This document shows positions 50,468 to 62,960 of a stretch of DNA of 64,000 nt, in pieces. Position numbers and translations under genes: made by a program. The notes under the pieces are model-generated. The model was not told where the DNA came from and ran no database searches. It saw only the letters and a program-made list of their open reading frames with translations. Numbering within the stretch: the stretch's first letter is position 1; the number at the start of each line of letters is the position of its first letter. This DNA is from Atractiella rhizophila (taxonomy: Eukaryota), in contig MU271212.1 in assembly GCA_021432655.1 (NCBI GenBank), positions 62,001 through 126,000 on the forward strand, in the 5' to 3' direction.

Positions 50468-53400
50468 TCATAAAACTCCCAAGGGATCTAGCATTTTCTG
50501 TGGTGTCTCCTTCGACGCCGACGTCGGTTGTTGTGAGGGTTGTGACGGCGAAGTCGCCAAAGGCTTAGGCTGTGGAGGGGTGTTGACCGAAGCAGGCGGG
50601 AGCACCGGCGCAGGGACAGAAGCTATAGGGTTGGGAAGAGGTTTGGACAGACTTGACTCGGTGATTACGGAGCTAGTAGACGAAGGAGCGGGGGAGGGGT
50701 TCTGTCTGAATCGTGAAGAAGGTGAAGTCCACGGGTTCGGGTCAACGGCGCCGCCTAGGAGTGGATCCGCAAATGCAGTTTGAGACTTGAAGGTTGACGG
50801 GATTGGTGGTGGGTCATTTTGTCTCAGGGTTCGCGTCGAAGAGGTTGGAGTAGGATTCGTCCAGGGATTTGCTGCGATAGACGGATTTTCCGGTCGTCTA
50901 GAGAGTGAACGGGTTGACTCGCTCGTTGAAGCCGATGGTGTGTGTCCTCGGGAGAAAGAGCTCCCTACAGTATTGGAACGACCGAGAGACGGCTCTGTCC
51001 CTGACCGCGACCCTCTTGTAGTGTTAATCGGTGGGGAGGGACTGGCATGGATCTCATTCCAGCCATCCTGGATAAGTGCAACTTCACCACTTCTGAACTG
51101 AATCGACCGCTCTCGTCCATGATGGCCCCTCCGCACTTTCTCATCCACAGCCTTCTCTGGCAAAAAATCGCTCATACTCGACGCTGGTGTCGTATTCGAT
51201 CCCCCCGATCCAGAGAGAGGGGTGCTACCAATCTCAGTCTCGTTCGCGTTCGACGGCGGCACGGCATTGAGCTGATTGATTGCGTCCGAGTACCTCGCAG
51301 AGACAGTCTTCCAAGTGCTGCCTCCCCACTTCAACGCGCTCTGTAAACCCGTTTGTAGCCTCTCCTGGATGACTGATGGTCCCTCTTCTTCCGCGATGGG
51401 TGTTCCGCTCCGAGGGGACGCATTCACCTGTCGCCTGCCTAACGAGACGCGAGGGAGGGAGAGAGACTGGCTCCTCTTCAGATCGCCCAAGAATCCATTG
51501 CTTCCACTCATCGAATTTGCGCTTTCCAAGACCGGATCCTGTTGCGAATTCTCGACGACAATCTCTTGATCGGGTTCGGTTTTCGACGCTCCGTATTCGT
51601 CACGAAAATTCATCTCCTCCTCCTCTCTTCCGAACCACTCCGCCCAAAACTTTACATCCTGCGGATCAACCAACAAGACTCCAAGATCCGAGTCCTCCGC
51701 CCTCTTCCCTTTCTCCCTCTCATCCAACTCTGGTCGATAGAGTGGGTTCCGATATTCTTCCTTTAGTTTGAAGGTGTCTGAAGAAGAGTCATAATCCAAG
51801 AGCTCCTCCCACACGCTTCTCGTCCTCTTGGCCGCCTCATCCTCCAACCGATCCCTCTCACAATTCCACAAGAACGTGCCATACTGACAGCTGAAGACAT
51901 GATAACCCATTCTCCTCAAAAAGAGTTCGTTGAACTCGAATCGGTTCGGAAACTGTCGCATGACCTGCCAAGTGCAATCGAGGTACTGTAAAAAGACGGG
52001 ACAAGTCTCCTTGAACGCGCTACTCTTGCCCTCCAGCCTCTTCTGGACACTGGCCAAGAACGCCGCTCCATTCTCAATGTACCCTCTCTCTCCATCCAAA
52101 GGCAGCGCATGGCGGACATCAAACGTCGTTCTATCCCTCACTAGATGACCAGTTCGGTCTTCAAACTTATGGCCATACGACAACCAGTCCTTCTCCACGA
52201 GCGTGACGTAGCCGAATGCCGTGCGGTAAAAGGGGTCGAGGCAGAGTTGCGGAAGCGCGCAGAGCTGGGAGGTACGGTCCCAGCCGTCTGAACAGTGGAC
52301 AAGGACGTGAGAAGAGTAGATGTGCACGTTCTTCACTATCGTCAGGGTGCCTTCTAGGATGTTCGAAAGATGCTTGAGCCAGTTCGTCCGTCGCAATAAC
52401 GATCGATCGACCACTCCTGTTGTGTCCGCCAACTTGAGCGCTGTAATTAAAAGTATCAGCCGCTGAGTAAGGTAGGGACGATGAAGACGAACCCTCGTTC
52501 AACTTGTTCATCGAGTCTCGCATGACATGAATATTATCGATCCCCAAATAAACCTTCCTACAGCCCCTATAGTAATCCATATTCTCCGTCCCCGCCCCCT
52601 TCGCCACATTCGCCACGGCATTAGTTGTCGGTCTCGCATCGATAATCATATTCGTAGCTGTGGCGCCGTAGATATCTATCTTTGAACCTGGTTCTGAAGG
52701 GATTTGGCTGACGAGCGAGGTCGGAGCGGACGTTGGAGAGGTGGGATTTGGCGTCGGAGGGTGAGTGTGAAGATGGGAGGAGAAAATGCATTCGATCAGC
52801 TTCTCGTCTTGTATGGATCGATTGTTTTTCAGTCCAACCATCGGTTGCGAAGAACGTGTTATGGATCCCTGCTCCAACAGCCTCGTCAGAGTATCCTGAT
52901 TTGAAAAAAAAATCGTGATGAGACGCACGAAATTCCCCCAATGCAGGTAAACCAAACCTGGTATCCGTCCCTTGCTCCTATACTTAACCGCATAATTCAA
53001 AGTCGTGTCACTAATCCGTGCAGGTACCATAATATGTTGGGGATAGGTGGGACAGTACTACCACGAACAAACCATTGCATCAACATCAGTGAGCACTGAG
53101 GAAGCGGTTAGACAAACGCACCGAAAAATCTTTGTTGACGGTAGTGAACCGCCACGCGACTGTGCGTCCTGTGGATGGAGAGGAAGAAATGCCCATACGG
53201 CTGAATTCACGGGAGGGGTTGTATATTGACCAGAAAGGTGAAGAGGATGGTGGGGAGGCGTGGGATGTTGATGGAGTGTAGAAGAAAGCGTAGAGCTGGG
53301 AGAGGGAGTCTGTATATTTCACTATCAGCTAGGATGGTCTGAAGAAAGAACGCGTAACATGTTTGGTTGAGATAAGGAACAGAATAGTTATAGATGGAGA

Positions 53401-54052
53401 AACCATCCTTGTGTGATTGCCTCTGCGCTCTGCAACAGAGATCCCTGTATGCACTGGCATATTGCTAAAAGCACTCGAGGGAACTCGGAGTAGCATGCAT
53501 GAGAAGTGCATGCACGGATTCGCCTCGCCACAACACCTTAGAAGACAAGCAAAGAAAAGGTACGCACCCGTTCCCATAGATATGTTCCTCAGGCTCTCCC
53601 AAACATCCAACGCTTCGCTTTCATCCCTCATGACGATACTGTACGCCTCGAAGTCCCTCAGTCGCACCTCCAATGGGTTCTTGGTCCCTGTCAGGTCCGC
53701 TGGAAGGCGTGTAACAGACCATAGGAGTGGGTAAGGGAGCTACAGCCATTCATTCATTAGACGCATAAAACAGGAGCCAAGGAACACGATGGTGAGAGTT
53801 GGAGGAAAGGAGGAACTGACCCAAAGCTCCACACCCGCTCCCTCATCCGCACCTCGAAAGATTAGATGGTGTGTGGTCAAATGCAACGTGCCTAGCCAGA
53901 CGGGAGAAGAGCCACGGGGAAAGTGCTCAGGGGAGGAAGGAGAGGCAGGCCCTGAGATCTTGGTGAGAGTAACACCGTTCACCTGTGCGTCTGGTTAGCT
54001 GTGTATAACATGAGAGACACACACTCACTTTGGCTATCTTGATGGCGTCCAT
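50468..54052 (-). CDS. YMR1: Myotubularin-family phosphoinositide 3-phosphatase
   Basis: Catalytic VHCSDGWDRTSQL; motifs YRSKGRIP, ITRSSQPMVG, IIDARP..NA.AN..KGAGTENMDYY, EKDWLSYGHKF; start MDAIKIAK. Confidence 0.93.
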
Positions 54053-55211
54053 AGCGTGAAAGACTGTCGGACGTGGATGTGGTTTGAAGTTGCGTTGGCC
54101 TGAAAGTCTACCGACGCGCGTAGTCGCGCGTTGGCGCAAGGTTATAAATGAAGGTCTGGTGTGTCATGTCAACACGAGAACTGCATGAAAGCGGTATGTC
54201 TATGGCTGTATGTTGAGAAATCTAGTGTGGCGAATATGGCCAATTGACACCAGAGACCCCGTGGAAGCTGACTATATCTACTTTCTCATACTCCATTCGT
54301 ACCTTTCATCATGGTTGCAAGGAAGTGACTGCGATATCTACTTTGATTCGAAAGACATTGGTATTGCAAGAGCTCGTGCCTCACCTGAAACAAAGATCCT
54401 ACAAGTCAGCAAGCTAAGGCAGTTCAATATCCCCAATCATTGTGCGATTTGCAAAAGTTGTCTCAAAGCTGTACTCTAAAGCGTCAATATCTCGAGTCTA
54501 GTTTTCAATGTTTTTCTGATCATCCCCTTCTTTTATGTACTCCAAAATATTCACTTCACCGTTCACCAACAGCGATTAGTGTAGAAATCATCAGAGGGAA
54601 CCAGACAAAGCTTACTATCCTTTGAATGAAAGGGCAAAGACGCTCTTTGTATCAATATGCATTCCGGCCTTTCCATTTTCATACGACTGGACAAGGCAGC
54701 CACGAGACTATTCGGTCACGTTTGAACTTGGAATTTGTGCCCAATAGATATGGCTAATATTTCGTGTGGGCAGCAAACGAAGAAAAAATTTTCCGCAATT
54801 TTCCAGCCTTATGTAAAAGTACCTTCTAACTGAGCTTTGGCCACAGTCACAATCCAACCGCTTAGACCGCGTTAGCCACCATGTTTTACAGAGTAGTCGT
54901 ACTGTACTCCAGCTAGTACAGTATGCAGCCCGAGTCGCGTTAACCGCGCTGGAGACAAGGGCAAAGCCACGGAAGTGAAATTCTCCGTGAAGCAACATTT
55001 CCTCAAACGTATCTGCGCCGGAAACGTCACAGCAAGGAATATTGGACGGAGTCTTGTCATCATTTCCCCAGCTCTGCTTCGCTGTCTTTGAGAAATAATG
55101 TTTAGGTGTTCAGTTCTTGCTTGAACTCCTACACATGACTTCACTGCATTGGCCCACGGCCTGAGGTTTCTCTACCGAGCGAGGAGACGACGAATAGGGG
55201 TCAAACCAACG

Positions 55212-55218
55212 TATAAAA
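55212..55218 (+). promoter_or_regulatory. Candidate TATA box
   Basis: TATAAAA about 85 nt upstream of the ATG at 55300. Confidence 0.4.
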
Positions 55219-55299
55219 GGCGACTTTGCTCATCTCTTTCCCTACTATTCATAAATATCAAGCGTCCAAACTCGTCGAATTCGAACTCTTCCAGTCAAC

Positions 55300-56936
55300 A
55301 TGTCGTCTAACGAAACTATGCTCGGTGCCTTCTTTGTCCCAGGAAACGATTCCGTGCGTCCGCTTTCCTTTTCAGCCAAGGCATGGCACATTAACCATTG
55401 CAACGATAGGTTGTCCTGAAACGAGTTCCCATTCCGACTCCTGCAGCAGATGAGGTGCTTCTAGAAATCAAAGCAAGTATCCTATAAAAAGGCTTACAGC
55501 ATCTATCTAACTTGTACACAGGCTTGTGGAGTATGCCATACAGATGTATGATTCTCTTGTCGAAGTTAAAAATTTTTTTCGCGACTAAGGACATGGTGCG
55601 CAGGTCTTCTTGCTCACCGAGTTTAGCGCCGTCGGCAGCGCATTGACAGAGCCTTTTATCCTCGGACACGAATTCGCTGGAGTCCCTGTCAGGTTGGTCT
55701 CGTTCCCTTTTCTAAATATTCAGCAGTTCTAACAGTTTTGCAGACTTGGATCTGATGTAGATGCGACCGAAATCAGGCTTGGACAGCTATATGTAGTGAA
55801 CGGAGACAATCCCTGTATTCGAGGGATCACCATCCTTCCCAGTCCCGGTCTAGGCGCAAACGGAGGGTATGCAGTAAGCGTCTGGATCTCCCCTACGATT
55901 GGAGGGCTTAACATCTCTGCGTAGGAATACGCTGTCATTAAAGCCGTGCAGCTCGTTCCTGTCCCCGAAGGTTTACCAGCCGAGATCGCTTGCCTGGCTG
56001 GTGATGCTTCGACTACAGCTTCGCACGCTGTGCTCGAAATCGCCAAGGTACAACGTGGCTATAAGGTGTTGATTTTTGGAATTGGCGGTCTGGGTACGAT
56101 TCCATCATCTCTTTTCTACTAATTCGTCTCACTGAACCCGGCTTTAATAGGCCTTCAGGCGGTACAACTATGTGTTGGTCAGCTTCCTTCTCTACGCACT
56201 TAGCTGTTACTTACCCTTGATTCCAGAACTTGGTGCCACTGTCTATGCTGTGGACATCAAACCGAGTAGTCGTAAGCTAGCTGTCGAAGCGGGTGCAAAG
56301 GAAGCGTTCGATCCTGTTCAGCTCGACCAAAGAATTTCAAAGGGAGATTTCAACATGGATATCACGATTGACTTCGTTTCGAAAGGGACAAGTCAGTTTT
56401 TCCCTGCCTCTCTGTCCCCGTTCTGACTGATGCTTGTGAAGCTTTCGGATTGGCTTTCAAAGCAGTCCAGACGACGGCTCAGAAGTTTGGGCGGGCTCCT
56501 CGGATGCTCATCGTGAGTATAACCCCACCCACATGCTTGTAATATTGAGTATCATACAGGTGGGTGCTGCCTCAGATACATTATCAATTAATTCTACCGA
56601 CCTTCTCGCTTCTGAAGTGCAGAGTGAGCTGTACTTCCTTACTCTTTCTAGTGTACTGATGGTTCTCCCACCCAGTCTTAACGTCACTGTATGGTAGCCT
56701 ATCCGACATCAAGAGAGCGTTAGACCTCCTAGCCAAGGTTGTCCACCTACCTGTGATTTTTATTCAAGCACTGACACTTCCGTTAGGGAGTCTTAAAGCC
56801 CATCGTGCAGACAGTTCCTCTGGAGAAAACGAACGACGCCATTACAGACCTCCGTGCTGGCAAAGTAAAGAACAGGAAGGTAGTTATACCATCAACAGCC
56901 GCTTCTTCATTCCAGTGGAAGCCCACAAACCACTAA
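55300..56936 (+). CDS. Zinc-dependent medium-chain (GroES-like) alcohol dehydrogenase, many small exons
   Basis: Motifs VPIPTPAADEVLLEIKA, GVCHTD, FILGHEFAG, GLGANGGYA, IFGIGGLG, VYAVDIK, AITDLRAGKVKNRKV; stop at 56934-56936. Confidence 0.85.
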
Positions 56937-57317
56937 TTACTGGAGGTGAAATCCTCGGATCTCTTACGGACCATTGACAGACATCAGACATTTCCAATAT
57001 AGTTGTGTTCATACCTGGGTACATGTATCGGTTGCTGACGAATTCAGTTACTTTACCTATCTAAATGCCGTTTGTTGGTTGACCCCCGGCCATTGAAGCT
57101 TTGAACATTATGTTAAGTAGAAGTTGGTAGTAGAGGTAACGGCATATCTTAAGCCCCTAAATATTCGAAATTCCCAGATACATGGGTTTCGTGCAATCTT
57201 CAGTTCCACGTGAACGTGAAGTTCACAATACTACTTTATACCTCAATATATTCATATGCCTTGCCCTATCTTAGTTGTAGGAAAATTCCTCGCTTGTCGT
57301 TATCATTGTAACCAACA

Positions 57318-57590
57318 GAGTTCATAGCTACGCCTGGAGCTTTGGACATCATGATGAACGGGGAGTAGACTTGGCTTGGAGGACCAACGGGAGATTTCAA
57401 GCACTTTGATTGCCAGGGAAGCCGCAAACTCCATGTTCGCTACCTCCGTCGCCGTTAATAAGCTCTGGACATCTTGTTTATATTACGGTTGGGCAGACGG
57501 GCTATAACTTCAACAAGTATGTCTGACTTGGCTAATAGGAACTAGGAACACAACTCTTAGTGGTAATTCTTTTAAAATTATTACCTTTGG
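57318..57590 (-). pseudogene. Degenerate fragment of an Aim9/APH-like gene
   Basis: AGAGTTCATAGCTACGCCTGGAGCTTTGGACATCATGATGAA..GCACTTTGAT..GGCAGACG aligns by eye to ~60927-61130, with indels. Confidence 0.75.
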
Positions 57591-58087
57591 CACCTATACA
57601 TCCGTCCACACCACTCAATATGCAGCTAAGTCTTCCGCTGCGTCCAAGCGAGTAGTCCACATACATCCTTCTTCAGGTTCCGGGAACCTAAACAAGCCCT
57701 CCACTCCACCGTGTAACGTAATTATTGGAGTTGGAGGCACTGAAATCTCTGCTGGCGCTGAAATCTGATCTCAATCACAGATATATGATTGTATTTCAGG
57801 CTGAGAGGTGATGCGATGCGATACGATGTCTATTTGATGTCTGTCCATTTGGCGATGTGGATAAATAGTACTAGCGTCAATCGTGCGTTCCGATCCTGAC
57901 AGTCTTGGAGCATCCTTCATCCTCCCTCCGTGACCACTATCTTGTGAAGCACTCTTGTTGCTGCTAGTGACTCGGACTTGTCGGAGCCCGTCGATTTCCT
58001 TTTCTTTGCCGTTTAAACGCTTCTCCATCTTTCAGAGGCATCAACCTCCCCAGAACTGGCCAGAAACTCAGAGCGAATACGATAACA

Positions 58088-59618
58088 ATGACTTCCCCGT
58101 CATTACGACTTAGCCAAACTATTCAACGCATACTCAAAGAATCCACCACCTCTGCTGGTCCAGTTGGCGCCGTATTTGCATCTGTCGACAGACAGGGGAA
58201 CTATCTCGCGTATAACGCTTCAGGGAAGAGGAGTTTGGAATGTGAAGATGCCATGAAAAAGGACGACATTTTGCATGTCTCCCATTCGATTTTCATGGAT
58301 ATTCTTGAAATAATAAGCTAATGATGAATGGACACAGTGCCTTCTTTTCCGTCACAAAGCTGATCACCACTATTGCGTGCATGCAGCTCGTCGAGCGCAA
58401 TATTGTCAATTTAGACGATGCAGAGATAATCAACAGAATCCTCCCGGAAGTAGCGAACGCAAAGATGGTCGATGGGAGCGAGAGAAAAGGGGAGGAGATC
58501 ACCTTGCGCATGCTGTTGACACATACAGCAGGATACGGATATCCTGTTAGTCTGCCCTCTTTATGCTTTCAAACCAGCGTAATAATTGGTATGACAGTTC
58601 TTCAATCACCAACTCAAAACCTACTTGCAAGAACATGACTACTCTAGCCGCGTTGGGAAGCTAGAGAACATCGTCCAACCGCTCGTCCATAGTCCAGGAA
58701 CAGCGTTTTCGTACGGCATCTCCCTAGATTGGGCAGGAGAATTAGTCGCCCGTCTCACCTCCCAACGACTGGGAGACTACGTCCGCACACACATTTTCGA
58801 CCCTCTCGGATGCCAAGACATCGCGTTTGGCGTGCGAGAAAAGAATAAGAAGACGATTGGAGAAAGGATGGTGGGGATGAATGTCAGGTCGGATGACGGA
58901 GCGCTTAAACCGTCCGTTCATGCTGCGACTACTAAAATGACTATCGATGGAGAAGAACCATATCATATCGGAGGAGGAGGACTGTTAGGGACAGCCGAGG
59001 GCAAGTCTTCTTTCCGCCTTCCCTCCTTCTTTATTTGGGGTTACATAAATCTGCAGACTTCCTCAAGATATCGACAGTGATGATCAACTCCGGTCGTGGC
59101 GCAAATGGAGCGCGAATACTGCGTCCAGAGACAGTGAAGATGATGTACGAAGACCAGATCACTCATCTCCCACTCTCTAAAGAAGGACTACATGCTTTGG
59201 ATGTGGAGATACCCGCTGCGAATCCAGCGCTTACGTATCCAGTTAAGCTCATGCCAGGGGTAAAAAAGGGCTGGGTTCGTCTCTCTTAACTCTTTTCTCT
59301 CTCGATAACCCATTTTCCCTCTTGCGATGCCAGGGTCTTTCATTTGTTATCACCAAGGACCAGCTCCCAACTGGCCGCTCTCCGAACTCGATATGGTGGG
59401 CAGGTCTCGCCAATCTATATTGGATGTGTGATCCCGTGAAAGGGATAGCGAATATCTTGTGTACACAGAGGTTTGTTTTTACCTTTCCGACCTTAAACAG
59501 TAATCTCATGCTGGTAATCGGCAGTTTCCCATTTTACGACCCAGAAGTACTAAAGCTATGGTTTGAATGTGAGAAGGCAGTTTATGACGAGTTGGACGGA
59601 AAAGAGGTAAACAGCTGA
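58088..59618 (+). CDS. Beta-lactamase-family serine hydrolase / transesterase (LovD/EstB-like)
   Basis: SxxK motif FSVTKLIT; ITLRMLLTHTAG; PLVHSPGTAFSYGISLDWAG; GGGGLLGTA; TGRSPNSIWWAGLANLYW. Confidence 0.92.
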
Positions 59619-59754
59619 TTTAGTTGTAAGGTTTGCAACTTCTTTTGCTTCGTTATAAAACTGCACACTGTTACTTCGTCATGATCGAGCCATCAGACGA
59701 GATTATCACGATGACAGGTGGATCAATCAATAAATTAAATTGCTTCACATACGA

Positions 59755-61437
59755 TTACTCCGGAGGAAAAGGCCAAGCTTTGGATCTCAATGATCTGTGT
59801 GTTTCTTTGCGCTCTTCGCTCAGTTCTTCAGCCCTCGGAGGTCGTTGCATCCATGCTTCGTACCCACGCTTGTTGAGGTTCTGCACCTTCTCAAATCTCT
59901 CTGGGTCTATACACCCATCGCGTCCTGCTCCAAAGAAGCTAGCCAGCTGATCTGCATGGTCTCTCATGTTTTGCCATGCTGCAGCTTCATAACGGTGTTG
60001 CTCCCGCTCTGCCTCTCCCATAGGTGGAACTGGACACTCTGTTTCCGAGTTGAAAAGGGTCCAATTATCCACGACTCGCAAGAGAGATTCTCGAAGCTGT
60101 CGCGTTCATCAGGCACATGCAATGCAGCCATGAAGGAGAACGCACAGGTACAATTCCATCTGTCGTGGTTCGGCGAATTTGAAGCAAAGGAAAATCAACT
60201 AGATCCCGTTGCAAAAAGGATTGGCCCTTGAACAAAGTCGGATTGCGTTCTTTCGTCAGGCCCAAATAAATGTTCTGAAGTTCGGCTTTCTCTTTTGCAG
60301 CGTCCACAGCGGCTTTAGCCTCGTTGTCTAATTCGTCATAGTTATCTGGGTATTGCCACTGTGGCATGAGGCATTGCAATGACGGACGCGAATGCAGGAA
60401 AACGCGGGGAGGTAACGGCCTAGACAACAGCGGCGAGGGATGCTCCATCTGCCAGTCAATGATGCAGGTTATGTCAGCAGTAGATTCGTCAATAAATATA
60501 TTGTCACCATGTAAATCGCGATGGAGGAGGACAGAGCGAGTAAGGTCTGGATCCTTTGGAATCAGGGACGGCAAGAGAGTAAGCAAATCGTCAAAGAGAT
60601 CGAGATACTCAGCGACTGTCTCCTCTACATATCCGCTCCACGTGAATCGAGTGACATCTTTTCCGAATCGTTCTACGAGCAACCTTTCGCTTTCTACAAG
60701 GGCACGAAAGTAAGAATGAGCGTCATTCCAGGGACCTCGATCAATGTTCATCGTAGATTTTTCGTCGTCCCAAAAACAGAGGTTAGTAGAAGGGCCAACC
60801 GCCAAACGGCCGTTAGCATCACAGTGCAAGCTGCCGAACTTCTTCCAATCGACATCGACAAGTTTCCGTTCCATTTCGACCACTTGCTCCAAAATCTTCA
60901 CCCTCTGAGACCAAGAAAGCTCGACAGAGTTCATAGCCACGCCTGGAGCTTTGGACATGATGATGAATGGGGAACCGACTTGGTTGTGGTGGTCTGGAGA
61001 GGACCAATGGAGAACTCGAGGCACTTTGATCCCCAAAGAAGCTACAAACTTCATATTTGCTACTTCCGTTGCTGTGACAAGGTCTGGACATCGTGTGTTC
61101 GGGTTAGGCAGACGTGCAATAACTTCATGAGGTCCATCGGTCTTGACCAAAAAAACCTGCGAACAAAGTCAGAGAGTCATCGTAGGCAGACGACCTACTT
61201 ACTGCAACTTACCTTATTGAAAGTCCCTTCGGGAAGTTTCTCCATCGAAAGAACGCGTGTAGCGCCAGTGGCCACCAATATCTCCTTCTCCAGTTCTTCC
61301 ACGTTGAAGTAGAGGTACCTGTCTGCTAACTCCTTTTCCTCGTTCGTCAAAAATCTGTTAGACGTGTGCCGAAAATAATAGTGATTGGGATCCAGAAATT
61401 TGCGCCTGGATCGGAAAAGATTGCGAAAAAGATTCAT
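59755..61437 (-). CDS. Aminoglycoside-phosphotransferase-fold (APH) protein, Aim9-like
   Basis: Motifs FRHTSNRFLTNEEKELADRYLYFNV, KLPEGTFNKV, EVIARLPNP, TATEVANM, HRDLHGDNIFI, CIIDWQ; C-terminal WPF. Confidence 0.85.
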
Positions 61438-62046
61438 GAATGTAAGCAGGCTACACGCTGTTGCGTTGATAACCTGGGGTACAGCAGTCGAAAAGTTCTT
61501 GCACTTGAAAGAGTCGCACTCCTCCAAGGTTGGTTTAGTGTGTTCCTGAACAAGCAAATCGTTGGAAACAACAAGTGGTTTGAAGGTACTGATTCGTCTT
61601 CGTTTGATATTAGCTCGAATCTTGAAGCGAATGTGTATCGAAGAAATTTCAAGAGAATGAGGCTCCGTGTCAATGTTAGGTCGAGACAGAGAATTTCCAG
61701 AGGCACTGAGAAATACTACTGCTTCAACCGCTCAGCTGGAAGCAGTCGGCGACTGCGATGATGAGTTGTGCCATTGAAAAGGTCGAAACATTCCGTTTGA
61801 ACATTCAACGTGCAACCTCGAATTAAACTAGAACAGCATGTACATGTGTGCAACCAGCGACGGGAGAACCGACAAAACAGACATTTATTATAAGTACAGT
61901 ATTACGACATTTCCATAAGTACAAGCTGCATTTAACGTTAACGAACTCAAGACGAATATTTCACGGGCAAAGCAAAATTAGACAGGCAGGAAGGGAAAAG
62001 TACATAACAAGACCGTTATACACTCATTATTTCGCATTCAAGTCTT

Positions 62047-62960
62047 TCACAATCTTTCGTCCATAGTGCTCCTTCTTCTTTTCTTCTCCGTGTGTTCTTC
62101 AGTATTTTGAGCATCGATTTTCTTATTCACAGCACCAAGTAGCGCTTGCCTATCGTCACAACGCACTCAGTCTGACTAAGACTAAAAATGGAGAGGGAGA
62201 ATGACATACAGGAGGAATTCGCTTGTAACGCGTCCAGGATATGAAACGGTGTCAACGATATCTCTAATGCCATGTTCGGCCTTCAGGTCGTCGTCCAACT
62301 CTCGCAAGAACTCCTCCGCATCCGGGTCGTCACCGATCTGTAGAAACTGGACTCCAAGTTGGAAAGGGGGGAACCGTCCGTCGTCCAATCTGCCGGCCAT
62401 TTCGACAATGACTTCTTTGACGAGGTCAGGGTCGTCCGCGCGTCCATCGGTGATGACAAGGAGGAGGAGCGGCTTGGGCCGTGGTTTTCCATCTCGTTTG
62501 GCGTCTTCGAGGGCATCGACGTACGGACGGAGGAGATCGTCGAGACGCATTCCTGTCGGAGTGGAACCGAAGGGGGTTGGACGGAGTGAAAGAGGTTTTC
62601 GATCGATTGAGGGTCTCGAGCGGACTCCAGCTGTTCGCCTGAATTCATGAAATACACGTCCAATCCGTCCCCGGTCATACTGCAGACATCGTTCCGCGAC
62701 ACCCATCAGCGCGCCCTGCACATCGGGCCAGAGAACGNNNNNNNNNNNNNNNNNNNNNNNNNGGAGGAGTTGCGAGAGAGGGGATCGGGATTGACGACGC
62801 GGGCTGAGATTCGGTTGCCTCGTATCCGAAAGTCCTCCGGACTGCGAGGAGCGGCAGGAGAGGTGGCAATTTCGTACGATGGCGGTGGGGGACCCGTGGG
62901 GATGGCGACGTTGAGCGGATTAGGCTCTCTATATGCGTTTGATGTGCGGTTGCGTGACAT
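62047..62960 (-). CDS. von Willebrand factor A (VWA) domain protein, interrupted by a gap and two frameshifts
   Basis: Motifs DGLDVYFMNS, STPTG, KPLLLLVITDG, LGVQFLQIGDD..EEFLRELDDDL, RDIVDT; last exon ALLGAVNKKID. Confidence 0.8.
62738..62762. other. Assembly gap (25 N)
   Basis: Run of N inside the VWA gene. Confidence 1.
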
